Assembly: GCA_038330175.1 (NCBI GenBank)
Contig: JBBQNS010000001.1
Coordinates: 15,552-79,551, forward strand
Direction of reading: 5' to 3'
Length of the DNA: 64,000 nucleotides
Origin: Kiritimatiellia bacterium
Lineage (GTDB): Bacteria; Verrucomicrobiota; Kiritimatiellia; CAIKKV01; CAITUY01
Below the pieces are notes generated by a model that saw only the letters and a program-made list of their open reading frames with translations, was not told the DNA's origin and searched no databases. Made by a program: the position numbers and the translations under genes. This document shows, piece by piece, positions 7,701 to 17,171 of this stretch; within the stretch, counting starts at the first letter, position 1, and every line of letters begins with the position of its first letter.

Positions 7701-9512
7701 TTGATAGAGAGCGCAGTCGGACGGGGCGGGAAAGCCTTACAGAACCTTTCATCCGGTGGCCTCTCCACATCATCGAAAGCGGAAGTGAACTCACGTATAC
7801 TTTTACTTGAGCAGGTGGTGGCGCAGGATCCTGGTTCCATGGAAGCTCACTACTGGCTGGGTTATTGCCTCTCCCTTCTGATCTTTGGCGAGGATGATAC
7901 CGTAAAGCGACTTAAGCGCGATGAGCGGCAAACCCGGGAATACGAGGCGGTTCTTGCAGGAACGGCGCCTGGAGACGCCCTGCGCGAGAAAGCCTTTTCC
8001 GAATACATGCAAGGCACCTGTGATCTACAGAATGTGGTTGCGGCACGCGCCACGAGCAACTACATGACGGCTCAAGAAATAGCCGAGTGGCAACCGAAGG
8101 CGCTTGCCGCCTGGCAACGTATGCGGGACTTCGTTGAGCGATATTTGACAGAGCCTCCGAAAAAGAAACGGGGCGATTATTTCCACCTCTTGCCGGCCTA
8201 CCGTTTGCGCCTGGCCAGCACGAACGATGCACAACCCTTAATCGATTGGTTCCTGCTGCTGGATACGGTTTACGGCTCCAATCATGCGGCTTATGACACG
8301 CGCTGCCCCTTCCTGTGCCTCGCCCAGGAGTTACTGTGGGCGAACCGGCCACAGCAGGCGCTGGCATTCTACCTGCGTGGAATGGAGGCGCATGGTCATG
8401 TTGCCACAACCCCGTGCCTCAACGGGAAAACGGCTTGGGGCCTTGAGTTGGAAATCCGCAAGGCACTCGGGGAGGGAGATTCAGATCAAGTGAAGCTGAT
8501 CGAGAAAACACTACAGGCGGAGGAGGCAGAACGTTGGTCATGTCAACCGTTACGGGAAGCCTTCTCCAAGTGGCCCGGCGCTGAGCCGCCCGTGGCCGAA
8601 GCTCCCGAGGGTCTCGTAGCAACCGTCGCCCGGTTCCCATTCGATGGTTCGGTTTTGGCCGCATCGACAGGCCGTTCCGACAGCTACTTCTTCATCGGCG
8701 CGGAAGGACTATCCGGTGGAAGTGGCAACGGTCAGCGCCGTGACCGCTACCGTGTTCATAAGCTCATTCGCAAGTCGCCGGGCTCGGGCATTACCGTGGA
8801 AATACCGCTCGAACGAAATGGAGAAACCGCTCGCGTCACCGTAATACTATCGGTCGGGGATACGGTGTGGTTCGGAACACATCAGGGTCTGGCAAGATAC
8901 GACGCTCGACGCCAAGACTCGCGCTGGCTGGAAAAAGCCGACGGAGTCCCCCTCTGCTCCATCCTGTCGGGCTGTTATGCAAACGGGAAACTGTGGTTCG
9001 GCGGCGACAATGGTGGCAATGCGTCGGTGATCTTTAGCCTGGACCCAGGTGAAGGCCGGGTTCGCACCTATGGTCTCGACATCGGACCGGCTTACGGCCC
9101 CCCATTGGGAATCGCCGTCCGGAAAGATATTGCCTTCGTCATAACACGCCCATGCGTCCATCAAATCGACCTCCGCTCTGGCCGGAGCACAGCGCTTGAA
9201 ATCCTTTCTCCGGCCGGCAAGTTGGCCGTCAATAAAAACGACATACGGCGTACCGGATATCAGCCGACAACCGTTCCTGTCTTCTGCCGGGGACAATGGT
9301 GGGTGGGGACGACAGGAGGATTGGCCTTACTCGAACAAGGGGATCCACCCGCCTTCCGCGTACTGTTTTCCACGGGGCACAATGAGTATCCGAGTGAATA
9401 TGAGGTCTTGGCGCGGCATTGCAAGGCGCGAGCCCTTCCGGGGCGGCGGCTTTGTTCCGAGCCGAGGGCGCGCTCTATCGGGGTCTCTACCACACCGGGG
9501 AAAACGCGCTGA
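7701..9512 (+). CDS. Large hypothetical protein. Its C-terminal part resembles two-component-regulator-propeller (Reg_prop/Y_Y_Y-like) repeats.
   Basis: A 603-aa ORF. Contains repeats such as VWFGTHQGLARYD and KLWFGGDNGG. The ORF continues in other frames downstream (see the 9419–10487 feature). Confidence 0.5.
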   Translation: MIESAVGRGGKALQNLSSGGLSTSSKAEVNSRILLLEQVVAQDPGSMEAHYWLGYCLSLLIFGEDDTVKRLKRDERQTREYEAVLAGTAPGDALREKAFSEYMQGTCDLQNVVAARATSNYMTAQEIAEWQPKALAAWQRMRDFVERYLTEPPKKKRGDYFHLLPAYRLRLASTNDAQPLIDWFLLLDTVYGSNHAAYDTRCPFLCLAQELLWANRPQQALAFYLRGMEAHGHVATTPCLNGKTAWGLELEIRKALGEGDSDQVKLIEKTLQAEEAERWSCQPLREAFSKWPGAEPPVAEAPEGLVATVARFPFDGSVLAASTGRSDSYFFIGAEGLSGGSGNGQRRDRYRVHKLIRKSPGSGITVEIPLERNGETARVTVILSVGDTVWFGTHQGLARYDARRQDSRWLEKADGVPLCSILSGCYANGKLWFGGDNGGNASVIFSLDPGEGRVRTYGLDIGPAYGPPLGIAVRKDIAFVITRPCVHQIDLRSGRSTALEILSPAGKLAVNKNDIRRTGYQPTTVPVFCRGQWWVGTTGGLALLEQGDPPAFRVLFSTGHNEYPSEYEVLARHCKARALPGRRLCSEPRARSIGVSTTPGKTR

Positions 9513-10487
9513 TTGAAATGGTACAGCACAATGATGATCACCACCCGCTGTTACAGGCAGAGGCAGCACGGCTACTGTGGGAAAGTCGGGCTTTCGCCCA
9601 CGGCGTCACCGATACCGCCCTGCTTCAATCGGCCCGCACACATTACCAAGTGGTGGCAAAAGGTCGGGGATCGGAGGCGATGTGGGCATGTTATGGTCTC
9701 ATGCGTCTTGCTGCTGCCTGCGCTGAGGACATCCCTTCACCGGCGCTGGAAGCAGCGCGGCGTTTCCCTCGCAGCGTGATCGCCGAGGAAGCCTGCAGGT
9801 TCTTGAATTCCTCGAATACCAGCACCCCTCCCGTGCTTTGCAGAACTATGGCCAGCCCACAGAAGGTCATAGCCGTTCGCCTCTTTCCCCGACGTGGCTT
9901 TGTCGCGGGGCAGCCGCTATGGGGAATACGGAGGCCTGGGCGGAAACAACGAGATCCAGAACTTGCTCGCAGAACTCCAGATATTGGAGTCATGGCAGAG
10001 CGCCGTGGCAATGGGGCAATACAATCAGCTTTTGGCCAACACCTCAGTGATGGCTACCTATTCTCATCGTTGGAAGCCCGTAACCGCACGCTTCTTACAT
10101 CAGCTTCGCGGAAGCGCTCTGGCCGAGTTAACGGGTTTGAAGGATTTAAAGGTAGCTGAAGGCCAGACGGAAGAACAAGCCGTACTTCTACTGGCACGCG
10201 TGGCAAAGGCTGCAAAAGACTGGAGCGCACTTGTCACCTGTCTCGACGCTTACCGATTAGCCGCCTTCGGAGTCCAACCCGTCCCGATTTGGCTCAATGA
10301 CGGTATTCAGGCCGGGCGGCAAATGGTGGCCGCCCGTCGGTTTGAGCAGGCGGGAGACGTGGCGCGTGCCGCATCGGCGTATGTCACCGTTCTCACGGCG
10401 GTATCGGATTTTGCCCCCGTGGAAGATGCGCTGCTGGATATCGGTCGGCTTCAAAAAATCAGGCCTGATGTCCTTGACTCATTATGA
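9419..10487 (+). pseudogene. Probable continuation of the 7701 gene in two further reading frames (9419–10159, then 9894–10487). This means either a frameshifted pseudogene or indel errors.
   Basis: Both overlapping ORFs read like real protein (helical/TPR-like LLQAEAARLLWESRAF..., then ...LLARVAKAAKDWSALVTCLDAYRLAAFG...). They abut the 603-aa ORF without intergenic space. Confidence 0.35.
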
Positions 10488-10497
10488 ATATGGGGGT

Positions 10498-11028
10498 TTA
10501 TAGAGACCCAGCCTTTGCAATAGTTACCTCGACAGTTGGTCTGTCCGTGAATTTCTCGAAACGCTTGTGTGCCAACACCTGGGCCAGACGCAACCGGTTG
10601 TAACGCTGGGCCAGAATGCACGGCAGATTAGCCACCACGCCATAGGCCACCATGACCAGCCCCACGCGCCAGCTGTTCCATAGAAAGAACAGCAACGCAG
10701 ACCCGCACACAACCCAGTGCACGATCTCGCCACGGCAGGTCTCTGTCAGGAAGCGGGCAAAATAATCTCGTCCGCCGCCTGCAAGTGACTTCTTCCGGAA
10801 TCCCTGTGTGAACAAGGCACCGCCATCTGGCAGAAGATCCTTCCAAGCCTTAATCGCGAAAAAACGTTCATAGACCCGTCCCCCCCGCTCCCACTTGCGC
10901 TCCCGAAAAAGCCAGCCTGCCGGGTTGAACCGCTCCGACGAAATCCGCATCCCCAGATAGGCCACGCCTAGATGGATCGTCAGCCACGCCAGGACATTGA
11001 CGACAACGATCCATAACGGCGAAATCAT
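10498..11028 (-). CDS. Glycosyl-4,4'-diaponeurosporenoate acyltransferase-like (CrtO-like) membrane protein
   Basis: A 176-aa hydrophobic protein with the WLFRERKWERGGRVYERF...KAWKDLLPD pattern typical of the staphyloxanthin CrtO family. Its ATGA overlap with the upstream GT2 gene suggests an operon. Confidence 0.55.
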   Translation of the reverse strand: MISPLWIVVVNVLAWLTIHLGVAYLGMRISSERFNPAGWLFRERKWERGGRVYERFFAIKAWKDLLPDGGALFTQGFRKKSLAGGGRDYFARFLTETCRGEIVHWVVCGSALLFFLWNSWRVGLVMVAYGVVANLPCILAQRYNRLRLAQVLAHKRFEKFTDRPTVEVTIAKAGSL

Positions 11029-12137
11029 ACCGCCCCCTTATCCGTCAGATCAATGCTTCGCCCCTTCCAGGACACATTCTTGCGCAACCCGGTCCTAACC
11101 AGCGAACGCATGAAAACCATGAGATAGAACAGCAGCGCTACGGGGTAACAGAGTGCCGTGATCCAGCGGAAGGATCCGATCCGAATCAGCATCATATAGA
11201 TCTGAACGGCATACAGCACATAAAGTATCAACCACACACCAAGGAGTTCACCCTTTACTGCGGCGATGGCGAGCAAAATGCCTGTGACCAGGCTCCCTGA
11301 TAACCACGCAATAATCGCCAAAAGCAACGTCAGAGGTGTCTGAGCCGCTCCTGTTGCAAATGCCTTAGCCCATCCCGCCTGCAACTCATGCACACCGTGA
11401 GGATACATTCGCATGGTCACAGTTCCCCTTCCCCCGCAGCAACGCATCGGTATGCCAGCCCGGCCAAAAAGCGGCGCCATGAAGAAGTTTTCAAGAATCT
11501 GGCCCCGCACCGCCGCATGCCCGCCAACCAACTCATAGGCCCGGCGGTCCACCATCAGAAAAGGCCCAAAAAGCCCTCCCGGGTTCAGTCTGCGGCCCGC
11601 TATCGTAAAGGCCCCCGTGCCTGCCGTCATGATAAGATTGAAGAAGGCTGACAACTCCTCATAATAACAGCGCACTTTATGATACGGCCCAATGGAAAGA
11701 ACGCCAGGACGGCGCGCATACGTATCCCGGATCGCGCGCAGGGCATGAGGTTCAAGGCGCGTATCGGCATCCATGAAGATCAGTACCGACCCGGAGGCCT
11801 CGTTGGCTCCTTGTTGGCAGGCCCACGTCTTGCCCCGCCACCCTGCGGGCAAAGGATGCGACGGCATCATACGCGCACCACCCGCAACCGCCACGGCGGC
11901 CGTCTGATCGCTCGACGAATCGTCAACCACAATGATCTCGTCTGGTGGCGGATCCTGTGAGGTCAGTGACTGGAGTAACCCCGGCAGATTTTCCTCTTCG
12001 TTCCGGGCGGGCACGATGACTGAAAGCGTGAAACCGGGTTCTGGCGCGGAACTGGGGCGGCATAAGGTAATGCGGCCTAGAAACACAAATCCCAGCGCCC
12101 ACAGCACGGTCACTGTCACCAGCAGCAAAACCGTCAT
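11025..12137 (-). CDS. Family-2 glycosyltransferase (CrtQ-like, 4,4'-diaponeurosporenoate glycosyltransferase-type)
   Basis: GT2 signature SVIVPARNEEENLPGLL...IIVVDDSSSD. The start at 12137 forms an ATGA overlap with the stop of the upstream desaturase gene. Confidence 0.7.
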   Translation of the reverse strand: MTVLLLVTVTVLWALGFVFLGRITLCRPSSAPEPGFTLSVIVPARNEEENLPGLLQSLTSQDPPPDEIIVVDDSSSDQTAAVAVAGGARMMPSHPLPAGWRGKTWACQQGANEASGSVLIFMDADTRLEPHALRAIRDTYARRPGVLSIGPYHKVRCYYEELSAFFNLIMTAGTGAFTIAGRRLNPGGLFGPFLMVDRRAYELVGGHAAVRGQILENFFMAPLFGRAGIPMRCCGGRGTVTMRMYPHGVHELQAGWAKAFATGAAQTPLTLLLAIIAWLSGSLVTGILLAIAAVKGELLGVWLILYVLYAVQIYMMLIRIGSFRWITALCYPVALLFYLMVFMRSLVRTGLRKNVSWKGRSIDLTDKGAV

Positions 12138-13618
12138 GGCCGATCCCATTCGATAATCTTGCGGCACACGTTCTGACCGCACAAAACGACCATGGGCATT
12201 CCGCCACCGGGGTTGACGGAACCTCCGACAAAGAAAAGGTTCGGGTAACGCGCATCTTGCTTAGGCGCCTTGAATCCAAAGTTTTTCCATTTGTCCGCCA
12301 CCACACCATAGATGGAGCCACAGTTCGAGTAGTACTGCTGCTGGATATCGCGGGGCGTCCAGACATGTTCAAACACGATGTGCTTGCGTAAGTCCGTAAG
12401 GCCCATGCGCTCGAGTTTGTCGATGACCCGCTCCTTGAAGGCCATGTAATCCGCATCCGTGAGCGGATGCGTCTCGTCCAGGCAGGGAATGTGGGGCAGG
12501 ATTTTCAGGCAATCACACCCGGGCGGCGCGACGGAGGGGTCTGTCTTCGACGCGGCCACCAGATAGATAGTGGGGTCGGCGGACAGCTCGCCCTTGTGGA
12601 ATACGGCATCGAAATGCTTCCGCGCATTAGCCGAATAGAAGAAGTTGTGGTGTGCCAGCTGCGGGTAGCTGATGTCCAGCCCCAGATCGAGAATCAGCCC
12701 GGAGCACGCCGGCTTGAAGCGCCGTAGTCGCCGCAGTGCGGCTTTATCCGGAGGAAGCAGTTGGCGGTGCGCCGGGATGAGCTCCATGTTCGAGACGACG
12801 ATATCCGCATCGGCCTGCCCACCATCGACCAGGGTGATCCCTGTGACGCGCTCACCCTGTGTTCGAATCCGGGCCACTTCGCGGTTCAGATGCACGACAA
12901 TTCCAAGTTCGTCCATCAACTTTTTTAATCCGTGGGCAATGTTGTATAGCCCGCCGTCCACGTACCAAAGATCATGACGAAACTGAATGGTCGGAAGGCA
13001 GTTCATGAACGCGGGCGCATCGTAAGCGGATGAGCCCACATACTTGATGAAGTAATCGAGCACATCGCGGACATGCGGCTCATCTATGAACCGAGCCACG
13101 CCCCCATGCATCGTGCGAAATAAATCAAACTTCAAAAAATCCATCAGGCCGTAATGGTGCTGAAAATCCTTAAGTGTGTCCAAACCGCGTTCAAAGTAGC
13201 CGGCGTTGACGGTATCGTAAAGTTTGCCTGCGTAATTCAGAAAAGCCTGGAACCGTTCAGGGTCCTGCCCGACCTTGCGCAATTCCGCCACCATCTGGTC
13301 CGTCTCCGGAACGAGGTCGAGCACCGTGCCGTCCTCAAAGAAATTTCGCCAATGCGGCCGCAGGGGCCGGATCGGGATGTAATCGGCCATGCGCTTTCCT
13401 GAGCGCTGAAAGAGCCGCTCGAAGAGATGGGGAAGCGTGAGGATCGAAGGGCCGAGATCAAACGAGTAACCTTGAGCCGTGAGGACATTCAGTTTCCCTC
13501 CGATCTGGGCGTTCTTTTCAAACACTTCGACCTGGTATCCCTCCTGCGCCAGCGAGATCGCCGCAGATAAGCCACCCAGCCCTGACCCGATCACAATCAC
13601 TTTTTTTGTTTCGCTCAT
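12134..13618 (-). CDS. Phytoene-desaturase-family enzyme (CrtN/CrtP/CrtI-like carotenoid desaturase or oxygenase)
   Basis: N-terminal FAD fold KKVIVIGSGLGGLSAAISLAQEGYQVEVFEKNAQIGGK. About 500 aa with a C-terminal NPGGGMP motif. The start at 13618 is MSETKK. Confidence 0.8.
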   Translation of the reverse strand: MSETKKVIVIGSGLGGLSAAISLAQEGYQVEVFEKNAQIGGKLNVLTAQGYSFDLGPSILTLPHLFERLFQRSGKRMADYIPIRPLRPHWRNFFEDGTVLDLVPETDQMVAELRKVGQDPERFQAFLNYAGKLYDTVNAGYFERGLDTLKDFQHHYGLMDFLKFDLFRTMHGGVARFIDEPHVRDVLDYFIKYVGSSAYDAPAFMNCLPTIQFRHDLWYVDGGLYNIAHGLKKLMDELGIVVHLNREVARIRTQGERVTGITLVDGGQADADIVVSNMELIPAHRQLLPPDKAALRRLRRFKPACSGLILDLGLDISYPQLAHHNFFYSANARKHFDAVFHKGELSADPTIYLVAASKTDPSVAPPGCDCLKILPHIPCLDETHPLTDADYMAFKERVIDKLERMGLTDLRKHIVFEHVWTPRDIQQQYYSNCGSIYGVVADKWKNFGFKAPKQDARYPNLFFVGGSVNPGGGMPMVVLCGQNVCRKIIEWDRP

Positions 13619-13890
13619 AGGCCTTCCTTTCTTTCCACGCCTCTTGTAAAACGCTACGGACGACACGGAGGTCGTCCCTCCATCTTGCAAGCCAGGCCGT
13701 TTCCATCATCTTCTGGAGGGTCGTGCTCCGTCACGACCGTCTTCTCTGGAGGTTTTGCAAGAGCCTCCCCCGTATCGTCCGCGTTACCTGTGAAACACAG
13801 TAACCGAGACATGGTCAGACATAGACGCTATTTCATGATCCCTTATACATTAACCTTGACTAGAAACCATGTTTTTTTTCTACTTACGGC

Positions 13891-15273
13891 ATGGGAGTAA
13901 ATTACAGCTTGGAAAACGTGCGTAGTTTATGGGAGACAGGCATAACCTTGCCCCTCTCTTTCCGGCGTGAACAGCTCCTGACGCTGCAACATGCCATCGA
14001 AGTTAACGAAGGCGTCATCCTCGATGCCTTGCGGGCCGATCTTGGTAAGCCGCCTTGCGAAGCCTATGCCTCGGAACTGGGCTTTGTGCTGGCCGATATC
14101 CAGTACGCGTTGAAACATCTTGCCGCCTGGGCGCGCCCCCAACGACACCATACACCGCTCGGGTTGCAGCCCGCGCGAAGCTCGGTACATCCCCAACCCT
14201 ACGGTATCGTTTTGATTATCGGACCTTGGAACTACCCCTTTGCCCTGACCCTCTCCCCGCTGGTATCCGCCCTGGCGGCCGGAAATGGTGTCTGCATGAA
14301 ACCCTCCGAGTTCGCCCCGCAGGTGTCGGCGGTGCTGGCACGTCTTGCCCGTGAGTATTTCCGACCAGACATCCTGACCGTCATCGAAGGCGATGCCACG
14401 GTTGCCGGAACCCTTGCCCGCCTGCCATTTGACAAGATATTCTTCACCGGCAGTACGGCGGTGGGCCGCCGCGTGCTGGAGGCGGCAGCAGCGAATCTCA
14501 TACCCGTTACCCTTGAACTGGGCGGCAAATCACCTTGTATCGTTTGTGACGATGCCGACCTGCGGGTCGCCGCACGCCGCATTGCCTGGGGCAAGTTTCT
14601 CAACGCGGGGCAAACCTGTGTCGCGCCCGATCATGTGTGGGTCCAAGCCTCCTGCCTGCGCCCGCTGGTGGAGCACCTTACGGCTACGATCCAGACATTC
14701 TATGGCCCCAACCCGCAACAGAGCCCCGACTACAGTCGCATTATCAACCTCCATCACCTGCAGCGGCTGACCGCCTATCTCGGGCAAGGACACCTCGAGT
14801 GCGGAGGGCAGCATGATCTGAATGATCGATACCTCGCTCCAACCATTATGACTGGTGTTCCGCTTGCGGCCTCCATCATGCAGGAGGAAATTTTTGGTCC
14901 CATCCTGCCGGTTCTGCCGTTCAACACGCTGGATGAGGTCATCAAGCAGGTCCGGACGCAGCCGCGGCCGCTGGCCCTTTACGCATTCACCGAAAACCGC
15001 GCAACACAAACGCGCCTTCTGGCGGAGACCTCTTCCGGTGGCGTCTGTTTCAACGACACCGTGAGCCACATTCTGGCACGCGATCTCCCGTTTGGTGGTA
15101 TCGGCGCCAGCGGCATGGGCGCCTATCACGGAAAGGCGGGATTCGATGCGTTCACACATTACCGAAGCGTCATGACGCGCTCCTTGCATTGGGATCCAGG
15201 ATTCAAGTATCCTCCGGTTACAACTTCGCTTGTCGCCATGAAACGTATCTATCGATTCCTATTAGGGAGTTAA
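13891..15273 (+). CDS. Aldehyde dehydrogenase family protein (candidate diapolycopene-dialdehyde / carotenoid aldehyde dehydrogenase)
   Basis: ALDH motifs ELGGKSP and FTGSTAVGRRV, plus the catalytic-Cys region GQTCVAPD. A 460-aa ORF. Confidence 0.85.
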   Translation: MGVNYSLENVRSLWETGITLPLSFRREQLLTLQHAIEVNEGVILDALRADLGKPPCEAYASELGFVLADIQYALKHLAAWARPQRHHTPLGLQPARSSVHPQPYGIVLIIGPWNYPFALTLSPLVSALAAGNGVCMKPSEFAPQVSAVLARLAREYFRPDILTVIEGDATVAGTLARLPFDKIFFTGSTAVGRRVLEAAAANLIPVTLELGGKSPCIVCDDADLRVAARRIAWGKFLNAGQTCVAPDHVWVQASCLRPLVEHLTATIQTFYGPNPQQSPDYSRIINLHHLQRLTAYLGQGHLECGGQHDLNDRYLAPTIMTGVPLAASIMQEEIFGPILPVLPFNTLDEVIKQVRTQPRPLALYAFTENRATQTRLLAETSSGGVCFNDTVSHILARDLPFGGIGASGMGAYHGKAGFDAFTHYRSVMTRSLHWDPGFKYPPVTTSLVAMKRIYRFLLGS

Positions 15274-15282
15274 GGAGCCACT

Positions 15283-16794
15283 ATGCCCAAAACAAAACAT
15301 ATCGTCATTGTTGGTGCCGGTCCGGGCGGTTTGACTTCCGCCATGATCCTGGCCCACCGCGGATTCAAGGTCACGCTTTTTGAAAAGCAACCCCAGGTCG
15401 GTGGTCGGAATGCAGCCCTGCGAGCGGGTCCCTTTGTGTTTGACGTTGGTCCGACTTTCCTGATGTTGAAAAGTGTGCTGGACGAGGTTTTCCACGAGGC
15501 TGGCGCAACCACCGATGCTTTGATGGATATGCGCCGGATCGAACCCATGTACCGGCTACAGTTCGCTGACAAATGGATCGAGCCCTCCACCGACCGGGCG
15601 CGCATGAAAGCCGAAATTGCGCGCGTGTTCCCCGGTCGCGAGGATTCTTATGACGCATTCATGGCGAGAGAGCAAGCGCGGTTCCGCCACCTCTTCCCGT
15701 GCCTGCAGAAATCCTATCACCGGTTTTCCTCCCTGTTCTCACCCGACCTGCTCAAAGCCCTGCCCCATATGGCCCTGGGCCGTACTCTTTTCTCGGAGGT
15801 CTTTCGTATCTTCAAACAAGAAGACCTGGCGCTATCCTTCACCTTCCAATCCAAGTACCTCGGCATGTCACCATGGGAATGCCCGGGACTGTTCTCGATG
15901 ATCCCCTACATCGAGCACGCCTACGGCATCTATCATCCCATCGGCGGCTTGAGCCGTATTTCCGAATGTATGGCGGAGGTCGCGCAGCGCAATGGCGCCA
16001 CGATTCGTCTCGGCACACCTGTTGAACAAATCATTGTGCGCAACGGCGTGGCGACAGGAGTGCGCCTGACGGGCGGCGAGGTTGTGGACGCCGACGAAGT
16101 GGTGATCAATGCCGACTTTGGACATGCCGCCACGGAGCTTTTCGCCCCGGGCGCACTTAAAAAGTACACTCCTAAAAAATTAGCAGGAATGAAGCTTTCC
16201 TGTTCTACCTTTATGATGTACCTGGGGCTCGATACGATTCTTGACCTGCCGCACCACTCGATCATTTTTGCGCGCGACTATCGGACCAACATCGAGCGCA
16301 TTTTCAAAGGGCAGGAACTGTCCGGCGATCTCTCGTTCTATATACGCAATGCCAGTATCACGGATCCGACGCTTGCGCCGGCAGGCCAGTCGGCACTTTA
16401 TATCCTCGTTCCCGTCCCGAATCTTCGAAGCGGACTGGACTGGGAGCAGCGTCGCGCGGCCTACCGGGAAATGACTCTGGACGCCGTGACGGCGCGCACG
16501 GGAGTGAATCTGCGCAACCACATCATATCAGAAAATATCGTCACGCCGGCCGACTGGAAAGAAACCTATCAGGTGTATGAAGGCGCCACCTTCAACCTGG
16601 CGCATAACATGGCCCAGATGGTTTACCTGCGGCCACGCAACAAATTTGAGGACGTCGACAACTGCTATCTGGTCGGCGGCGGCACTCACCCCGGCAGTGG
16701 GTTGCCCACAATCTACGAATCAGGGCGGATCTCCGCTAACCTCATCTGCCGCCGCCATAATATTCCGTTTGTTTCAGGTAACCTTGAGGTTTGA
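15283..16794 (+). CDS. Phytoene-desaturase-family enzyme (CrtI/CrtN-like carotenoid desaturase)
   Basis: KHIVIVGAGPGGLTSAMILAHRGFKVTLFEKQPQVGGR FAD-binding N-terminus. A 503-aa ORF with a C-terminal GGGTHPGSG motif. Confidence 0.85.
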   Translation: MPKTKHIVIVGAGPGGLTSAMILAHRGFKVTLFEKQPQVGGRNAALRAGPFVFDVGPTFLMLKSVLDEVFHEAGATTDALMDMRRIEPMYRLQFADKWIEPSTDRARMKAEIARVFPGREDSYDAFMAREQARFRHLFPCLQKSYHRFSSLFSPDLLKALPHMALGRTLFSEVFRIFKQEDLALSFTFQSKYLGMSPWECPGLFSMIPYIEHAYGIYHPIGGLSRISECMAEVAQRNGATIRLGTPVEQIIVRNGVATGVRLTGGEVVDADEVVINADFGHAATELFAPGALKKYTPKKLAGMKLSCSTFMMYLGLDTILDLPHHSIIFARDYRTNIERIFKGQELSGDLSFYIRNASITDPTLAPAGQSALYILVPVPNLRSGLDWEQRRAAYREMTLDAVTARTGVNLRNHIISENIVTPADWKETYQVYEGATFNLAHNMAQMVYLRPRNKFEDVDNCYLVGGGTHPGSGLPTIYESGRISANLICRRHNIPFVSGNLEV

Positions 16795-16941
16795 GGTAAA
16801 TCCTTGATTTTAGGGAGGCTCTCGCCAATCTCAAAATTGCAGGAGGTATATTGCTTCTATCCACATTCTTCAGCGGCGCGATATCGCTGACGCCGAGACG
16901 TCAATCACCTTCGCGACGTCTATAGGCGTGACAGATTAAGA

Positions 16942-16975
16942 CATGATCAAACTTTATAACAAGGCTTGATCATGT
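16942..16975. repeat. AT-rich inverted repeat CATGATCAA-N16-TTGATCATG, related to the one at 7100
   Basis: Lies in the ~370-bp AT-rich spacer that precedes the low-GC island starting at 17172. Confidence 0.4.
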
Positions 16976-17171
16976 TTTCGATATTTTGAATTTCCACTAA
17001 ATTTTATTGCCCCTGATCGACTCTCAACGTGATTAATCGTCGGTTTAAAAATAAAACAGTGCCGGATTTATCTCCTTGATACTATCGGTGCGCAATGATA
17101 TATAAATGCTCATAAATATATTATATCAGTGAACACTAATTATTCGGTTCGAAGTAAAAAGACGCGTTAAA

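Noticed and set aside
17140-17160. tRNA-like TΨC-arm fragment 'CGGTTCGAAGT' at the island boundary
   Set aside because: Only a partial GGTTCGAA match with no acceptor stem or cloverleaf context. There is no tRNA gene in the window, so the island is not demonstrably tRNA-flanked here.
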